This document shows positions 61,553 to 64,000 of a DNA stretch of 64,000 nt, piece by piece. Both the position numbers and the translations under genes were made by a program. The DNA is from Phoronis australis (taxonomy: Eukaryota; Animalia; Phoronida). Under the pieces are notes generated by a model. It saw nothing but the letters and a program-made list of their open reading frames with translations. It did not search any database and had not been told where the DNA came from. The number at the start of each line of letters is the position of its first letter. Position 1 is the first letter of the stretch. The stretch covers positions 349,474-413,473 of the forward strand of contig NMRA01000298.1 of the NCBI GenBank assembly GCA_002633005.1, in the 5' to 3' direction.

Positions 61553-61866
61553 AGTTGCCGGACCCAAATTTGGCAAACAAGATGGCTGAAATTCAAATTA
61601 AACCGTCTTTATGGAGTTTACACAGTCATTCATGTCATTGAAACAAATCATGATCTTTGAGCTGTGTACTAATGTCCTCAAAGCCATATGTCATTCCACT
61701 CTCACCGATTAAATGTTTCCGCCAGCTTTGCTGTAAGTCCATGCACCCCTTGGGGTTTTTTGTACCTGGGTCAAATACCGTGATTTGTTTCAAAGTATGA
61801 AATATTAAAAATTTGGTATTATTAGAATTGTAGCCGACTTGTTTGCCAAACGTGGGTCCTGCAACT
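61553..61866. mobile_element. MITE with ~30-bp TIR, TTAA at right end (Kolobok-type)
   Basis: AGTTGCCGGACCCAAATTTGGCAAACAAG / CTTGTTTGCCAAACGTGGGTCCTGCAACT-TTAA. Confidence 0.6.
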
Positions 61867-61985
61867 TTAAGTTGACGTGCCTGTAGTGAAATACGCAATG
61901 TGGTCAGTCGTTCATTTTGACGGTGTGTGTCTAATGCCTTTCTATGGCATTACCCATCAATGACCCATGACCTATGTGTTCACAG

Positions 61986-62092
61986 ATGATGCTAATGATA
62001 ATGAGCATAGCAGAGCCATGCCCACTGGTCGGGTAGTCGGTATTGTGCAAAGGAACTGGCGTGACTACGTGGCTACGTTTTCTCTTGATGAG
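61986..62092 (+). CDS. DIS3L: DIS3L coding exon 8 ([22 protein letters not shown])
   Basis: AG/GT, phase 1 to 0; matches [22 protein letters not shown]. Confidence 0.95.
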
Positions 62093-62095
<3 letters not shown>

Positions 62096-62132
<37 letters not shown>

Positions 62133-62138
62133 GTGTGT
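62096..62138 (+). repeat. (GT)n microsatellite abutting the exon 8 donor
   Basis: Direct observation. Confidence 0.95.
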
Positions 62139-62865
62139 ATATGACTGTGCAGTGTAGAATCCCTTGCTTTTATGTCCTTACGTGGTCGCTTTTTATCGTC
62201 ATCCTGTGCTGGTGTTCATTGGGTCTGTCAAAAACCTCTGGTCATATCTTGATCAAGTTTGGCTTAACTGCGTTGGCCATCATTACACTTCAATGTAGTC
62301 TGCCCTGAACCCAGGGCCAGATTGGGTGAGGGTTTTTAGTGTTTTGGGGGGAAGAGCACTTGCCATTTATAACTCCTTCTGAAAGGATGAGTTAAGATTC
62401 AGTGGTCACTGAATATTGTATCTGCACCGTTAAGAACTTGGTTCTCAAAAGTTGAAATTGGAGAAGTCTGTTCTTTTTTGAATCAGTTCATTCCAGGCAG
62501 GCACTAAGAAATTTTTAGGCGCTCATTGTCACCTTATCAGTTCCTAATAATTCAAGAGATGGTCCTTCAGTCAAAGGGGCCTTGGTTTGCACAACTAATG
62601 ATCATAACCTTTGCCTTTGGCGTCATGTATATTGGGGACAGCTGATTTGGAACTTTATGTACTGACGATGATAATGGAAATATATTAATTGTTTGTGTTA
62701 ATGTTCATTACGGAATCTTCATTACAATGAATATACAATGTATACGATAAAGGGAATGCATGCCAATGTCGTTGGTGTGAAAAACATTGCCTTGAATGTA
62801 GCATTCAGTAAATTTGTTCTTTTCTATCATACACTGTTCACTGAAAAACTCTCATTCACTTTCAG

Positions 62866-62984
62866 CTGCAGCCTAGCCCTGGTCAAAGTCACAAAACCAG
62901 TAAAGTTCTAGTCATACCATATGACCGGCGAATACCCAAGATTAGAATCAACACCAGGCAGAGAGACAGTCTAAAAGACCACAA
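62866..62984 (+). CDS. DIS3L: DIS3L coding exon 9 (KVLVIPYDRRIPKIRINTRQ; CSD2)
   Basis: AG/GT, phase 0 to 2; D.RIPKIRI.T.Q motif. Confidence 0.94.
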
Positions 62985-63388
62985 GTAATAGCGCTTGTTA
63001 TATAGATCCGGCCTTGTTGCTACGAGACAATCTTTCGTGTGTGCTGGGATGCGTTGGAACTTACAGGTGGCGTGTAAAGGTTATGTAGGATTCTAAAAGA
63101 AAGTCCAAATTTGGCCGACTTTGGAACATTATATCTCAGAAATCTCTGAAACTTTCAGATATTACCATGCTTGATGCACGGTTCACCAGTACGCTGTAAG
63201 GGCGATTAAAATTAAGACCCACTTGTTTCATGAAACAAAACCGAAATTACTCAGAAACTTTATTATGTTTCTGCGATTTCATTAAATTTCCGTTTCCGTT
63301 TTCTGCTGGCTTTGAACCAAAGCAATCTCTGGGGTAATTTGGCGTCGTGGAGAGATGAGTTGAATGATGAGATCTTCGTTTTCTACAG

Positions 63389-63542
63389 GATTGTTGTGAG
63401 GATCGATTCCTGGGATGTCGACTCTCAGTATCCAAATGGACACTTTGTGCGCTCCTTGGGGAAAAGTGGCGAGCTGGAAACAGAAGTGTCAGCCATCTTG
63501 GTTGAATACAACCTTTCCGTGGGGACTTTCTCTGAAGGCATC
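63389..63542 (+). CDS. DIS3L: DIS3L coding exon 10 ([39 protein letters not shown]); gene continues beyond the window
   Basis: AG/GTAAGT, phase 2 to 0; matches [23 protein letters not shown]...ILVE. Confidence 0.95.
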
Positions 63543-64000
63543 GTAAGTTCTTACAACATGTTTGTTTTCGATTGATTCAAGCCATACACCGCACATTTAA
63601 TAACCCTGTCTGGAATCCATTTTTATTGTGCGTTAGCGTGGATATTTATCCTGGACATTACACTTTGTCTATGCATCAGGTGTATTTCAATGATGTCATC
63701 CTCAATTACAAGCCTGAATGGTGAATAAATACCTGGTGGCAGGAAAACATAATGGACATGCTGTGATGTTGAATTGAAGACATTCTCGTGCATGTGTTTT
63801 GATCCACTGGAGTTGATGAAACTTGATTATTTTTAGTTTTGCAGAGGTGATTGCTCAGGATGTGGGGTGAATGAATTATTGTTTGTCTTTGGGCGTTATT
63901 TCCCAAGTCTGTTGATAAGTCCCCGCATGCAATTTGGAGAAATTCCTCTACATGCCACTCAAGGTCAAGATACTGGAAATTACAGCCTCACCATGTAATT

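Overview
Eukaryotic, AT-rich, intron- and repeat-rich genomic DNA, probably from an invertebrate animal (inferred from gene and repeat content). No prokaryotic features, CRISPR arrays or rRNA were seen. Two spliced genes can be rebuilt by hand with GT-AG introns and consistent phases. (1) On the + strand from 48410 to beyond the window end lies DIS3L (DIS3-like exosome exonuclease 1; PIN and cold-shock regions). Coding exons 3-5 occur twice, joined at a single N; this is most likely two haplotypes assembled in tandem, and the copies differ by transposon insertions. (2) On the - strand (about 2.9-14.4 kb) lies a probable secreted protein with a Cys-rich module, a CTHRC1-type C-terminal domain, a fibronectin type II domain, a second CTHRC1-type domain and the start of a third, with no collagen repeat seen. 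Weaker coding candidates are a small secreted PAN/apple protein (18.7-19.1 kb), scattered SHIPPO-repeat (ODF3-like) exons (32.8-39.2 kb) and a stop-interrupted signal-peptide ORF (41.7-42.4 kb). Mobile DNA includes a Kolobok-like element with a THAP remnant, a Penelope RT/GIY-YIG fragment with hammerhead-like motifs, a piggyBac remnant, Harbinger-like elements with CWG target duplications, a LINE fragment, a tRNA-derived SINE and many MITEs. It also includes a miniature LTR retroelement whose LTR contains a tRNA-like Pol III cassette. A window-wide excess of the palindrome TACATGTA (about 28 copies by manual count) appears, from paralog comparison, to arise by CATGTA insertion at TA sites. All assignments come from manual reading and recalled family motifs; no database searches were run.
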